A stretch of 60,905 nucleotides of DNA, the filler included, from Jimgerdemannia flammicorona (Eukaryota), in the NCBI GenBank assembly GCA_003990765.1. It is 3 parts of 3 records of this genome, joined end to end, with 100 filler letters (N's around TTAATTAATTAA, not from the genome) between each part and the next. Parts side by side here need not be neighbours in the genome. Positions count along the whole stretch, not along the records: positions 20,339 to 40,574 come from RBNJ01001727.1; positions 40,675 to 60,905 come from RBNJ01001728.1; 1 more part is not named here. The stretch is one strand, 5' to 3'. A program made the translations under genes and the position numbers. Shown here piece by piece: positions 36,601-49,466 of this stretch. The notes beneath the pieces are model-generated. The model ran no database searches, was not told the origin of the DNA, and worked only from the letters and a program-made list of their open reading frames with translations. Positions within the stretch are counted from its first letter, which is position 1; every line of letters starts with the position of its first letter.

Positions 36601-37618
36601 ATGTCCGTCTTTATTCCTTGCCTTGCCGTCCGTCTGCTGGGCACCTCTCGCTACACCTTCGTCCCTCATCTTTCGGCCCTGCACACTCCGGCTGCAGCCA
36701 CTCAGGCCCAAACCGTGTTGGCTCGCCGTGGTATGTGTTCGCCGCTGTTGTCTTGCAGGCTCTAAACAGGTTCTCACCCTCACTATCTCGGTTTCTAGCA
36801 GCCATTGCATTGACGAGACAAAACATTGCTATTGGACTCGGTGCCATATCTCTGAGTGTTTTGTACGTCCCCTGGGCAAAGAATACCGTCTACTGCGCTG
36901 GTAAGTCCCCCCCCCTCTCTTGAAAGAGTCCCAGTATTTCTGCACGATATCAATAAAATGTTCCTTATTTATCTTTCAGGCGAAACGAAGGAAGCCACTC
37001 GCGCCACCTCCTCGATACCCAACTCCTCAACTGACAAAAAACCGTTGACACCTTCTGACAAGGACACTTTTGGAGATAGCCTTTCTTCCTTTAATGGCCA
37101 GCAACTTTCGTTTGGAACCACCATGGGGTTCTGTTCTGGGTATCTGGTAAAGAAGGTGGGCAAGGTAGCCGCGTTGACTGTGGGGGCTGGATTTATCTTC
37201 GTGCAGGTATATATATCGTGTATCTTTTTTTTTTTTTTTTTTTTGGTTTCTGTCCCTGTTTTACAATGAGGGTGATGGAGACCGCTTTATATATAGATTA
37301 TTTCACGCTGCCTCTCGACCATCGTGTGTTATATTGCGAGATTCTCCCTTTTAATAATTATTATTATTCGCTTCCGTTTCCTCGTTATCATCACTACTAC
37401 CACAACTCAAGATACTGGAATCACAAGGCTACATCCAAATATCATGGGACAGGTTTGAAAAAGGCTATATCAAAGCCCTGGACGTGGACAAAGACGGCAA
37501 GGTGACGATCAAGGATGCGCGCATAATTGTCAACCGTATTTCACAGTACCTCGGGCGCCACCTGCAGATGAACTCGGGGTTCATCGTCGGATTTGCGTTG
37601 GGGCTGAGGTATGGTTGA
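36601..37618 (+). CDS. FUN14: FUN14-domain mitochondrial outer-membrane protein, 4 exons
   Basis: QLSFGTTMGFCSGYLVKKVGKVAALTVGAGFIFVQ + ILESQGYIQISW...SGFIVGFALGLRYG; introns 36731-36798, 36901-36979, 37207-37411. Confidence 0.88.
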
Positions 37619-38215
37619 AGAAGAATCGCTGGGATTTTTCGGCGGGCTGATGAAATTTGAGGCCGAACAAGAGATGTATTGTGTATTGCGAATGCGAGAT
37701 ACAAACATACGAGATTCATCAACATAACATATAAACAGTCTTGACAACAAAGGCGGTTGGGGCACCGGGGAGCTTTGGAAAATTTGTAGCGTTAACTTTA
37801 TGGTTGATCAGAGTCATAGCTTGACGTTTTAATACATGTTCTATCGAAAAAGAAAGTGATTCGCGCGGTCACAACCCGAGTACTCTCAAATAAAGCACGT
37901 TTCGCCCCACTGACGTGCCAGCCCATGTCACCTCGGAATTGCTGATCACATGATAAACTCCAACTATCTTTGACGCAAAAGTACCGAACCTCACGCAGTA
38001 AAACACATGACTTAATTTTTAGTACCGAACCTCACGCACTTTCCCAAAAATATCAGAAACGGCGCTTTTCCAATTTCTGATTGGCTTCCAAGCTCTAATT
38101 ACCTTTATCTTTTCCAAGCCATATTCAGCCTAGGCGACCATGCGTTCGCGACTGGCTTTTATGTGGCTTTTATCTGTTCATGACTGGCTTTTATCGTTCC
38201 ACGTCTCTTCGTCTC

Positions 38216-38220
<5 letters not shown>

Positions 38221-38248
<28 letters not shown>

Positions 38249-39364
38249 GTTTTACAGACCTGAAGTCCTGTGGATTTTATTGGAAGAGAACCTAGACTAT
38301 ATAGGCCAAAACCCTCCCCCACCATCCCCCAAGCACTACACCCCCATTAAACCTAGGCTAGCTATTGTCTAGTAGCTCAACTATATCAGATGCAGCAGGG
38401 CAAAGTTGCCCACACCTCATTCTATGGACCATGCTCTTCCTACCACCAGAGAGTAACAAACATATGCTTTAGGCACATACCTGAAACCCTAACATATGTA
38501 CAAGGCTATGCCTGAGTCAATTTGCATAGCTTAAAGTATAGAACAGTAGGTAGGACTTAGTTCTCTCTGATGAGATGAGTAGAGAACTTACATGTGAAGT
38601 AAGAGGAGACCCCTAATACCCCACTACTCAAGTCTGTAGGCCTTGATCATGTTATCATATCAGCTCTTAATTCTAGTTGAGTGCAGCCAAGATGCTTGAT
38701 CTGAGTAGTTTTGGACCCTTTAATCACTCTTAATAATTAGAGCTCAACTCTACAAATTGTCAAAAGCAGCTGAGAGTAATACCTACCATCTAACCACTCT
38801 GTACTAATCAGAAGGCCCCACTGATACAGTACCTGCCCCAGCCCCAATGACTGCCCCTAGTCTGAGACCCTACTGGTTTACTATAATTACTCTTTCTTCT
38901 ATCTATAATGGTCATCTCTCCTCTCATCCTGACTCTACCTGAAAAGTAGTTACTTATGCCAGAATTACACTTGCTGAAAAGCTTGCCAAAGCTCAGAGGG
39001 CCCCACCACAGATACTGGAGACCTGTAGGTAATCTATACTAGCACTTGATACTTAAGATCAGCTGACTCTATATATAGCTCATAATATATCAGATATTAC
39101 CTCATTAATAATAGTAAAGGAAGAAGGTACTATATCAAAATGGATATACTTCAGATATAGCTGAAGGTACTAGAAACTATGAAAAAGTATAAAAAACACT
39201 AATCCAATAATAATAAAGGAGCAACTTAATACTATTACCTCTCTCTCACTATATCCTTATAGGTATAGCAAATTAACTTAAGATAAAGAGGGTAATAATA
39301 GAGGAAAGGAGACTCAGAAGATTGTCTACCAAATCTTGTAACTAGTAAGATAGTAGAGAAAGAG
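38221..39364 (-). mobile_element. Non-coding polyadenylated retroposon, about 1.15 kb, copy 1
   Basis: Poly(T) then TTACAGACCTGAAGTCCTGTGGATTTTATT; colinear with 47351-48526 and inverted relative to 39457-40574. Confidence 0.8.
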
Positions 39365-39456
39365 ATTATCTTTATCTTTTCTCTAGTATTCCATTTACTT
39401 TATACTATAAACCTACTCTTATAATAGAGTTATCTACTATAAATAAAATCCACATC

Positions 39457-40574
39457 CGCTCCTTTCTCCACTACCTTACTGGTCACAAGGTTTGGTAGGT
39501 GACCTTCCAAGTCCCCTTTCCCCTAATATTACCCCCTCTACCTTAGGTTGGTTTGCTGTGCCTGCAGGGGCATAGTGGGAGGAGGGCAATGGTGATGAGT
39601 TGCCCCTTTATCGGTGTCAGATCGGTGCTTCCTCCACTTTTTCGCGGATTCTGGTGCCTTCAGCTGCATCTGGGGAGTACCCATTTTGGTGTGGTGCCTT
39701 CTTCCTTTTGCCATCGCCAACAAGGAGTTGTCTCGGTGTGTCTTGGACTACATAGGGAGTCGGCCGACCTTGGGCGTCAAATGCTCAGTGTAGGTTACCT
39801 GCAGGTCCTCGGTGCCTGTAGTAGTGCCCTCTGGCTTTGGCGAGCTTCCCGGCGAGCGTGGTTCTGGCGTAGGTAACTACTTTTCGGGTGTTGTCAGGAT
39901 GAGAGGGGAGATGGCTGTCACAGATAGGTGGAAGGGCGATTATGGTGAACCAGTAGGGTGCCAGGCTGGGGGCAGTCATCGGGGCTGGGGTAGGTGCTAC
40001 TTCGGTGGGGCCTTTTGATTGGTGCAGCATGGTTAGGTGGTAGGTGTCACTATCGGCTTCTTTTGGCGGTCAGCAGGGTTGGGCCCCAGTCATCAGGGGG
40101 GGGTCAGGAGGCCCGAGGCTACCCATTTCAGGCATCTTGGCTGCACTCAACTAGAACCGGGAGCTGACATGGCAACGTGATCGAGGCCTACAGGCTTGAG
40201 TAGTGGGGTATTGGGAGTTTCCTCCCGCCTCATGTGTAAGTCCTTTACTCACCTTGACTGGGAGAACTAGGCCCTACCCACCATGTTGTGCTTTGATGAG
40301 GGTTTTTTATTTGCTTGTCATTCTCTTTGGAGTGGCAGGGGCTATTCTATTCAGCTTGGGTATGACCTTGTACATATATTGGGTTCTCAGGCATGCACTT
40401 TCAGTCATTGGCATATGGTTGGGTTTCCCCTAGTGGTAGGGAGAGTATGGTGCGCAGAATGAGGTGCGGGCTTATCAGCTCTACTGCACCTGGCATGGTT
40501 GAGCTGCTGGACAATAGCTAGCCTAGGTTAATGGGGGGGCAGTGCTTGGTGGGTGGTGGGGGAGGGTTTTGGCC
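39457..40574 (+). mobile_element. Same retroposon, copy 2 (least mutated), head-to-head with copy 1, 3' end in the gap
   Basis: Reverse complement of copies 1 and 3 over about 1.1 kb; retains many CpG. Confidence 0.8.
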
Positions 40575-40674
40575 NNNNNNNNNNNNNNNNNNNNNNNNNN
40601 NNNNNNNNNNNNNNNNNNTTAATTAATTAANNNNNNNNNNNNNNNNNNNNNNNNNNNNNNNNNNNNNNNNNNNN
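40575..40674. other. Assembly gap with artificial TTAATTAATTAA spacer
   Basis: N runs plus 12-mer at 40619-40630. Confidence 0.95.
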
Positions 40675-40743
40675 AAAAAAAAAGAAAAAAACGAATTTTA
40701 GTTATAGTATCCCCGAACACAAGAGAACGACAGCCTGTACTTA

Positions 40744-43503
40744 CTTGGTTGACAACAGCCTCTAAAAATGGTTCGGCAATCTCAACCAATTTCCGCTTAG
40801 CCATGATCTCGGCAATCTTGGCAAACGTACTCTTCTCGTTGTCCTCGTAGGAGCATAGACGGAGGAACGGGACGACACAGACATGGCCAGATCTCAGGTG
40901 CGGTGCAAACATCGGAAGATTCTCTAGCAATGCAAAAGGCAATCTTCCGAGACGCGTCACGTTCCGCCAGACGAGGCACGTAATGGCCGACCTCAGAAAT
41001 GAGAGACCGTCAGGCAGATCGATGTGGTTGGTGAATTGGATGATCGGATGCAAGTTCTTGTACTGAGTCAAGATCTCTATGTCGAGGTTTTTAATGTCTC
41101 CAGCGGGAGGAAAACGTTCTTGCCTCAAAAAAATTGAATCTTGAACATTAGGAGCAACGCACACCTGGTATGATAGAGCCCGCGCAATTTCTCCAACTAA
41201 TGTCGGGTTATCATACATCAAATTTGGCAGGTGTTGCTGGAGTAGAAGTCCGTATGCAGTTTCGCCGCGCTGGACTTGGCGGATCAGCCAATGAATAATC
41301 TTGGTCTCGACAACGGAGTCGCTCACGTAGGAGAAAAAAGCGTTTGGGCCATCGTCGGATTCGAAAATCCAAGAGAAAATACAACGGCGGTAGTTTCGGT
41401 ACTCGGCAAAAACAGCATCGAGATTATTGAAGTTGAAGAGGAAGATAATCGGAAAGCTGATCAGTTGGATATCAATACGGGGAAACCGATACCTCGGGAT
41501 ATATTGGTGGAGAATTTGATAAATTTCCAAAGTGAGATCTGGCGCATTGGACACTGCGGCCCACCCACACCGGCGTTCTTGAGCCATCCTAGAAAGTAGC
41601 AACAAGTAGCGGCAGCCGTTGAACGCCTTCTGTACCAAATTAGAAGCTCCCATGACGAGCTCATGATGCCCTTCGACAGGTTGGTTCTCCGTCGGCATTG
41701 TTGTGCGTAGGAAAACTCTCACTCTATTGGGCTGATTCTCCTTGGGCTGGTTCTCCTTGGGCTGGTCCTCTTCTGCCTTCATCCCGGACCATTCTAAGTC
41801 GATCAAATTGGGCCTATCATCTCGGAGCCCACCAAGCCTGCTGATGCACCAGAAATCTTCGAGTTCGTAGTCGGAATTCTTGTCCTTGTTTGGTTGAGAC
41901 CATAGCTGTACGGTTACGCTTGTAATGACGAGGATGGCACCACTGGCAGTAACTGCAAATTTGCTCTGATTTTTGAAGGGAGTTTTGTCGCTGACTGGCT
42001 GAAACGAAAACTTTTTCACAGACTCGTCCCTGCCCACGACGCAACAGACATTCTGTCCGCTGAGGTGCTCAATTTGCAGGGACCATCGGCCATTTTGAAA
42101 GGGAGCTGACAGCTGGGATTCCAGCTTCAGTTCAAGATTTGCGTCTGAGTTTTCCGCCTTGGGCTTAGGCACCAACGTTCGGATGGCGATTCCCCCCTCC
42201 TCCTGCTTGAGGCTGTAGTGTTTCTGGCTATTGAGCCAACAATCCATCGTGCGCTCGACTGGATCAAAGAGTCGTAGCCCTGTACTCACGTCGTAAACGT
42301 GGATGAAATTGGAAGCTACGATAAAGAGCTTGTCGCCTGCGTCGTGAAAGCACAGTTTGTCAGGTAGGATCTTGGCTCTCCATCGCATAATCTCGAGACC
42401 GGTCTTCATGAGTAGGATATGCACGGTTACATAACGGCTACCCAGATGTTCAAGAGCGTCGAATGAGTTTAGAGTAGTGCAAGCGCGTGGGGATAAGCGA
42501 ACATCATAGAAACACTACAATACTAAACATACCATGGAATAGTAGTCTTGTTAACATTTGAGACAACCGCAAGCCGAGTCCCATCCGAGGACAAGGCAAA
42601 ACGCGGTCGCCACAACCGATTCATTGCGCCAATATTGTGCAGCAGCGATTTTCGGAGCTGGTACGATTGCTCGTCAAACTGCGGGATGGACTGGTACATC
42701 AACGATAGGCGATCTTCCTTGCGGTGCAGAGCAAAGACATTGAGATCATAGTCAAGGGCTCGGATAATCTTGTCGATGTCGAAGTAGATTGTACGGACGA
42801 CAGTGAAATCCTCCAGGCGGTATATGCGCACGTAGGGCGGATAGGAAACGACCATAGTTTCGCAATCGAGGATATTGTCATGGTCAAAGAAAACGATGCC
42901 AATACGTAGGTTGAGCTTGGAAATGTTATCGTTTGCTTGGGGAGTATTTTCTCCTCGTTCAAGGCGCGACAGGACCAGTGAACCTGGCAATTCTTTGTTG
43001 GTGATGCAGCCATATTCGGAGGTGAACTTGATAACGAGAGGCGAAAACTGGTCGTTCTTCTGTGGCGCAAACCAATCGGTTTCGGTTTCGGAATACCAGC
43101 GCTTGAAGGCGGTTCTGACGTGGCCTTGCATCACTTCCTCGTCGAGCTCCTTAAAGTCGTCATTGTTTTTGGAAGAAGGTATAAATGACACGGCGCAGAC
43201 GTCTCCTGTATCCGCGACGGCGATGGAATAGCGAATATCGGAAGTGGCATAGAGATCGATTCTTTTTTCGTGCTGGGCGTTTGTATTATATAGCATCTCG
43301 ATCGACTGGTCACCCTGCGGGGCAGGCCAGATCCGAATCACCCCTTGGCTGCCTTCTTCGCTTAACGATGCCACATAGTTGCCGTTTCTTGATAGCTTGA
43401 CGCACAGAATTTCTTCATCTCCTCCAGGTGAAAGGTTTGATGCCGACGAGGCGCCCGGTATTAGGCATTGCATTTCGATGCCGTTGTTGTTTGGGTCCGT
43501 CAT
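40744..43503 (-). CDS. Beta-propeller (WD40-like) N-terminal part of a TRP-like channel, paralog A; 3' exons cut by the gap
   Basis: Exon 1 (43503 to about 42533) and exon 2 (about 42437-40744) are colinear with paralog B, with the same intron positions (shared DRLSLMYQSIPQ, KTGLEIMRWR, YRNYRRCIFSWI, EIAEPFLEAVVN). Confidence 0.8.
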
Positions 43504-43538
43504 TTTGAAATTTGGAACAAGTTTAGAGTGACGGATGA

Positions 43539-43686
43539 GATGTTAGGGCAACGTTGGCAAGGGATCAATGCTAGGTCACTGTTGGCAAGGGATTAAATGC
43601 TAGGGCAATGTTGGCAAGGGGATCAAATGCTAGGGGCACTGTTGGCAAGAGATTAAATGCTAAGGCAATGTTGGCAAGGGATGAGG
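43539..43686. repeat. 29-30-bp tandem repeat x5 (ATGCTAGGGCAATGTTGGCAAGGGATCAA) just upstream of the paralog A start
   Basis: Directly visible; lies 36-183 bp before the ATG at 43503. Confidence 0.85.
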
Positions 43687-46600
43687 TGTTAACATAGAGG
43701 TTCCGTCGATACTTCAAGGTTTTTGAACAAGTCGGAAACCCCGAGCTTTTTATTATTATTATTATGCATTCAGAGTGGCAACAGAGGGTGGCTTGTGGCG
43801 CACAACGTTAATTCGACTTAGTACACCCATCAATTACGGAAGCATCTATTTTTTATTTATTTATTTAATATTTTAAGAAAATAAACTTCAAAGTGTAATT
43901 GTTGACTGACTACGCCTGATACTTTTCGTTATCTCGAGCCCTTAAACTGTTGTAAAGTCCTATTTTGGGTTACGTTCTTTGGTGCGGGGAAACTTTCATT
44001 CGTGCTAACTAGTATCATCAAAGCCAACAGCATCAACCAAAGAGTATCCTCGACTCAACGCCAAGTGTATCCGCGGGGATATATTATTTTGGGTGCTGTG
44101 CCGTCAGTATCTACAGTGCGCGCCACCATTCGAACTGCGTAAGCTAAATAATGTGCTTACCAGCTTTGGTTTGTATTATGGTTCACCCGCATAATAGATC
44201 AAAATAGAGGAAGAACCAAAACAAGGAATGGACGGGGTCGGCAAGTCCTCTCAAGGTAATCTTCCGAAGTGGTCAAGTAATTATGGCAAGAAGTGGCGAA
44301 GGAAGTGGTTCGTCAACGTTGACGTGATTTCCACGCCACAGCGGGTCACGAAATTTCGCGTCTTTGTTGATCAAATGTTTCTACACTCTTCTGTTTTTGG
44401 TGCTACGCCGCTTCCTCACTCGTCAGGGTACATGCATGGTTTGGTTGCCCGAAACCTGTAATTCGGATATGCACATGAAAGGCGTCATTTCCCAATCGTG
44501 ATTTTGTGATACCTAACCTTGTGAATACTCTTCACTAAACGCGATTGCGTGATAGAAACTCCGCTGGTTAGGAATAAACGACGTTGATGAAAGGTCTCAA
44601 AGGCAATAGAAAAATGTATTGTATGAATGCGCAAACCGGTTGAAGGGAATTTCATTGCGAAAAAAGAAAAAAAAAAAAAAAAATTACCGCTATCCCGGAA
44701 TTCGTTAGATTGAAATTGCCAAACGAAGATCGCACCTAAAGTAGATATTGGATCATTTAGATTGCAGATGTGATAAGATAAATTATTAAATGCAATATAT
44801 AAACGAAAAATGATAGCAATTAGAATAGTATAATAGAGATATACATATATGAAAATAAATTGATATTGATTTTTTATTTAAATCAATTAAAATATTACTG
44901 TTTATAGAATATAAATTATTTTTTAAAAAAATTACAATTTTTTATATTTTTAAAAATAATATTATTAGAATTTTTAAATATTACTTTTAAATATAATAAT
45001 AGTCTGAATTATATAAAAATAAATAATTAACTTTAATATTATTATTAAAATATATATTTTTTATTTTATAAAAGAAAATATAGCTAAGTAGATAATTTTT
45101 ATTTTATTTTATTTTATTTTATTTTATTTTTTTTTCAAAATTATTTTCTGTTAAAAATATAACCTAATTTGTTCAAAAATAAAATATTATTTTTTTTTTC
45201 TGTAAAATTTAACTATATTATAGTTTAAGAGATATATATAATATATTTTTAAATTAAGATATTTATTATAACTTTATAATATAATATAATAATATATATC
45301 TATTAGTTTATAAATATAAATATAGCTAAGTAAGTGATTTTTATTTTGATATATATATTAAATTATATTTTTCTATTATAAATATAACTTAATTTATTTA
45401 TTTATTTTTTTATTATTTTTTTTATAAAGTTATTATTATTTTATAAGTTAAATTTATTAAGATAAAATATATATTTTAAATTATTTACTTTTATTTAAAA
45501 ACTAAATATAAAATAATAACTAATATAACAGTTGATCCAAATTAGAAATAAGAATTAGAAAATAGATATTTGATTATAGTATATATCTGAATTCAATTTT
45601 TATAGTTAATAGTTACCCAATCTAACAGATATAAGAATATATCTATAAAAAAATCTGATAGTTATAAAAAATCCTATAGTTATAACTTATAACTTAGCTA
45701 CTATATAACTAACAAACTTATATATAAATATCTCTAATATCTAAAATAAATAAACCTTAGATCAAAATAGTTCAAAGTAAAGAGATAAGAGAACTAATAA
45801 GTCTAAGGGCAGATATACTTCAAACTTACTCATCTTTATACCTCTAAGAACTCTAAGAAGTCAAATTAAGATAAAAAAATCTACTATACTTCTGAGGTTA
45901 AGTATCTATTATGTTTTATCTTAATATCTATTAATTAATAATTTAAGATAAATATCTTACTTTTAAGCTAAATAATAAATAACTACTACTATTTAAATAT
46001 TTACTTAAATTGAATTAAGATATCTAGATAAGATAGATATAAAACTACTAGTATTTTATAAATATATCTCTAATGAATGATCATTATCTTCCTTAGTAAT
46101 TTTGAGTAATATACTGTTATAAGAACTCTAATAGTAGTATAATAAGTAGTTCTTATATTCTTTAGTCTCTGAGATCCAGTAAGAGCAATATATATTTATA
46201 GTTACAAACTATATAGAACAAGATGATACTATAATACTAACAACTTAAAAGACTTAGTTGCAAATTATCTACTATATAGATAAGACCAAGCAAACTCTAA
46301 AGAACTAATTTAATATAACTTGCTAAAAATTGAGTAAAGATTCAAATATCTTCTATATCTGAATTTAATATTAAATAATTCTTATAGATTATACTGAAGT
46401 CATCAGAGATCAAGTAGTTAAAGTAATCTTTCTAAAAGAAATCTATCTAGAGATAGTTATAGCAATTAGATTATTATTAGTTCTAGATCTATCATAAAAG
46501 TAACTTATATTTAGTTATACTAAATAGTCAGATATATATAATAAAGAAAGTTACTAGAGTCAGAATTGAAGTACTTAAGATAATTAATATAATTTTTATA

Positions 46601-47328
46601 ATTATAGTCAACCATAATACAACTTAGATAAAAACTATAGAGTAGTAAAATAATAGTAATCCTATAGAAGAACTTATTAAGAAGTTTGCTGAAATAACTA
46701 CACACTTAGGAGATATGATAAAGGAAATTAAAGAAAGAGATCATTGTATTGTTCAGAAGTTCACTACTATTACAGATAAGAAGAGAGATATCTATTATAT
46801 ATACTTATAGAGAAGAAGACTACTACCTCTATAAATATATAAGTAAGACTAAGTATAAGATCTAGCTAAGCAATATTACTAAAAACTACAAATAGATCAA
46901 TACTATCATCTTCAAAGAGATTTGAGATTCGGAAAAAGAGCAGAAATGAGAAGTCTACTCTGCTCTAATATTTAAGAAGAATGTCTTCAAGAAGTTCTAC
47001 AAGAGACCACTAGAAAGACTAAAGAAGAATTCAGTAGAAAGGTCTACAGAAGGATAGATAGAAGTAACTATAGAAAGTAAAACTATATCTAAGAAAATAG
47101 ATCAAAATATAGAGCTTGAGTAAGTAGTTGAAGATATTATCTAAGAAACTATCCCTATTAGTGAGAGAAAAAAGTCATAAAAAAGCAAGATCTTTAAGTA
47201 TAATATTTTTAAAATACAACCTTTGGACAGTTGATAGAAATCCTCATCTTCAAATAATAAATGAGACTTAAACTTATAGAAATAGTTAAGGACTAAGGCT
47301 GGAAGATAGTAGAGACTAATAATATATA

Positions 47329-48526
47329 TATATATATATATATATATTATTTTACAGACTCAGAGTTCTATGGATTTTATTAGAAGAGAATCTAGACTAT
47401 ATAGGTCAAAACCCTTCCTCACCACCCACCAAGCACTGCTCTCTCATTGAACCTAGGCTAGCTATTATCCAGTGGCTTAACCATACTAGGTACAGTAGAG
47501 CCTATAGTGGCCTATATCTCATTCTGCATACTATACTCTCTCTACCACCAGGGGGAACTTAGCTATATACTAATAACTGAAAGTGTATATCCCAAACTCC
47601 AATGTATATATAAGACTACATCTGAGCCAAATAGAATAGTCTCTGCCACTCTAAGTAGAAATAACAGATAAAGAAAAAACTCTCCTCAAGGCATAAAATA
47701 GTGGGTAGGGCCTGGTTCTCCTAAGTGAGGTAAGTAGAGGACTTACATGTGAGGTAAGAGAAGACCCCCAATATCCCACTACTCAAGCTTATAGGCCTTG
47801 ATCATATTGCTACATCAGCTCTCAGTTCTAGTTGAGTATAGTCAAGATGCCTGATATGGGTAGCCTCAGGCCTCCAGCCCCCCCTAATGACTGGGGCACA
47901 ACTCCATGAATTGCCAAAAGAAGTCAAGGGTGATACCTATCACCTAATTACTCTGCACTAATCAAAAGACCCCACCAAAGCAGCACTTGCCCCAGCCCCA
48001 ATAACTGTCCCCAGTCTGGTACCCTACTGGTCTACTATTATTGCCCTTCCTCTTATCTATAACAGCCATCTCTTCTCTTATCTCAATAATACCCAAGAAA
48101 CAGTCACCTATGCTAGAACTGTACTCACTGAGAAGCTCACCAAAGTTAGAGAGTCTCACTATAGACACTGAGAACCTGCAGATAACCTATACTAGGTACT
48201 TGATACCCAAGGTCAGCTAACTCTCTATGTAATCTATAACATACTGAGATGATATCTTATTGGTAATAGTAAAAGGAAGAAGGTACTGCACTAATATAGA
48301 TATACTCTAGATATAGCTAAAGGTACCAGAAACTATGAAAAAGTAGAGAAGATACTGATCTAATACCAATAAAGGAGTAACTCATTACCATTGCCTCTCT
48401 CCCACTACTCTGCAATAGGTATAGTAAACCAATTCAAGATAGAGAGGATATTAGTTGTGGAAAGTAGACTTGGAAGATTGCCTACCAAACTATTGTAACT
48501 GGTAAGATAGTAGAGAAAGGGGCCTC
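47329..48526 (-). mobile_element. Same non-coding retroposon, copy 3, inserted in the Gypsy with an 18-bp TSD
   Basis: TSD AGAGACTAATAATATATA at 47311-47328 and 48527-48544; tail now (TA)n. Confidence 0.85.
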
Positions 48527-49383
48527 AGAGACTAATAATATATAAGAAGACTTTAGTATAAAGATTAAAAAGATAATTACAAGACTTCTATCTATACTAT
48601 CTATCAAATTAAAGATAGAATCTTTGAGGTTATTATCAATATAAGAGCAGGAGAATATCTTCTTAGTAAGAAAGTAGTAAATTATCTAAGTTGAAAAATT
48701 AAAGAAGCTATAAAATCAGTATTTATTATAATTGATAATACAAAAGCCACCATTTCTGGAAAATATTCAAGATATCTCTATTAAGTTTGAAGGAGTAACT
48801 ATCTCAGTAGATATAATCATAACTAATACTACTAACTATAATATTCTCATCAGCATATAAGATCAGAGTAATAATTGATATAAATGTTCAGAAGATATAA
48901 ATTGTCTACTATGAGTAGAAGATGGAGAATACTAATTAATATCAATAAAGGAGTACTTCTCAAGATAAAGAAGAAGATAATAAATAAGAAGAAGCTTATA
49001 TAATAACTACTCAGAAAAAGAAAAAGAAGATCAGATAGATCAGTAAAGAAGATTGATATAAGAAGAGTACTGAAGAATATACTCTATAAGAAATCTATTC
49101 TCATAGAATTAGAATATACTATATGAAGTATATTGATGACTATTATTAATATATTATTATATATAATCTATAAGATCTATTATAAAGAGAAGAAAAGAAG
49201 ACAGAAATAGTAAGAAAAAAAAGACCAGAAGGATGAGCATCAGTTCTCTTGGAGGATAGTAATGATGAAGAAGAAATCAAGATCAAGATTCAGAGAATTA
49301 TCTATATATAGTTTTGCTAGAATATAAATTAGAAAATATAGCTAAAATAGATATCTCTATAGTTGAGAAGATAGTTCTTAAAT

Positions 49384-49386
<3 letters not shown>

Positions 49387-49454
<68 letters not shown>

Positions 49455-49466
49455 GTCACTTGGACT
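49387..49466 (-). mobile_element. Minimal LINE insertion: 15 nt of 3' end + 65-nt poly(A), 17-bp TSD
   Basis: T65-ATAGTCACTTGGACT matches window positions 1-26; TSD GATAGTTCTTAAATCTC at 49370-49386 and 49467-49483. Confidence 0.92.

Noticed and set aside
38568..38590. CTGATGAG hammerhead-like motif in retroposon copy 1
   Set aside because: Antisense to the element and absent from copies 2 and 3.
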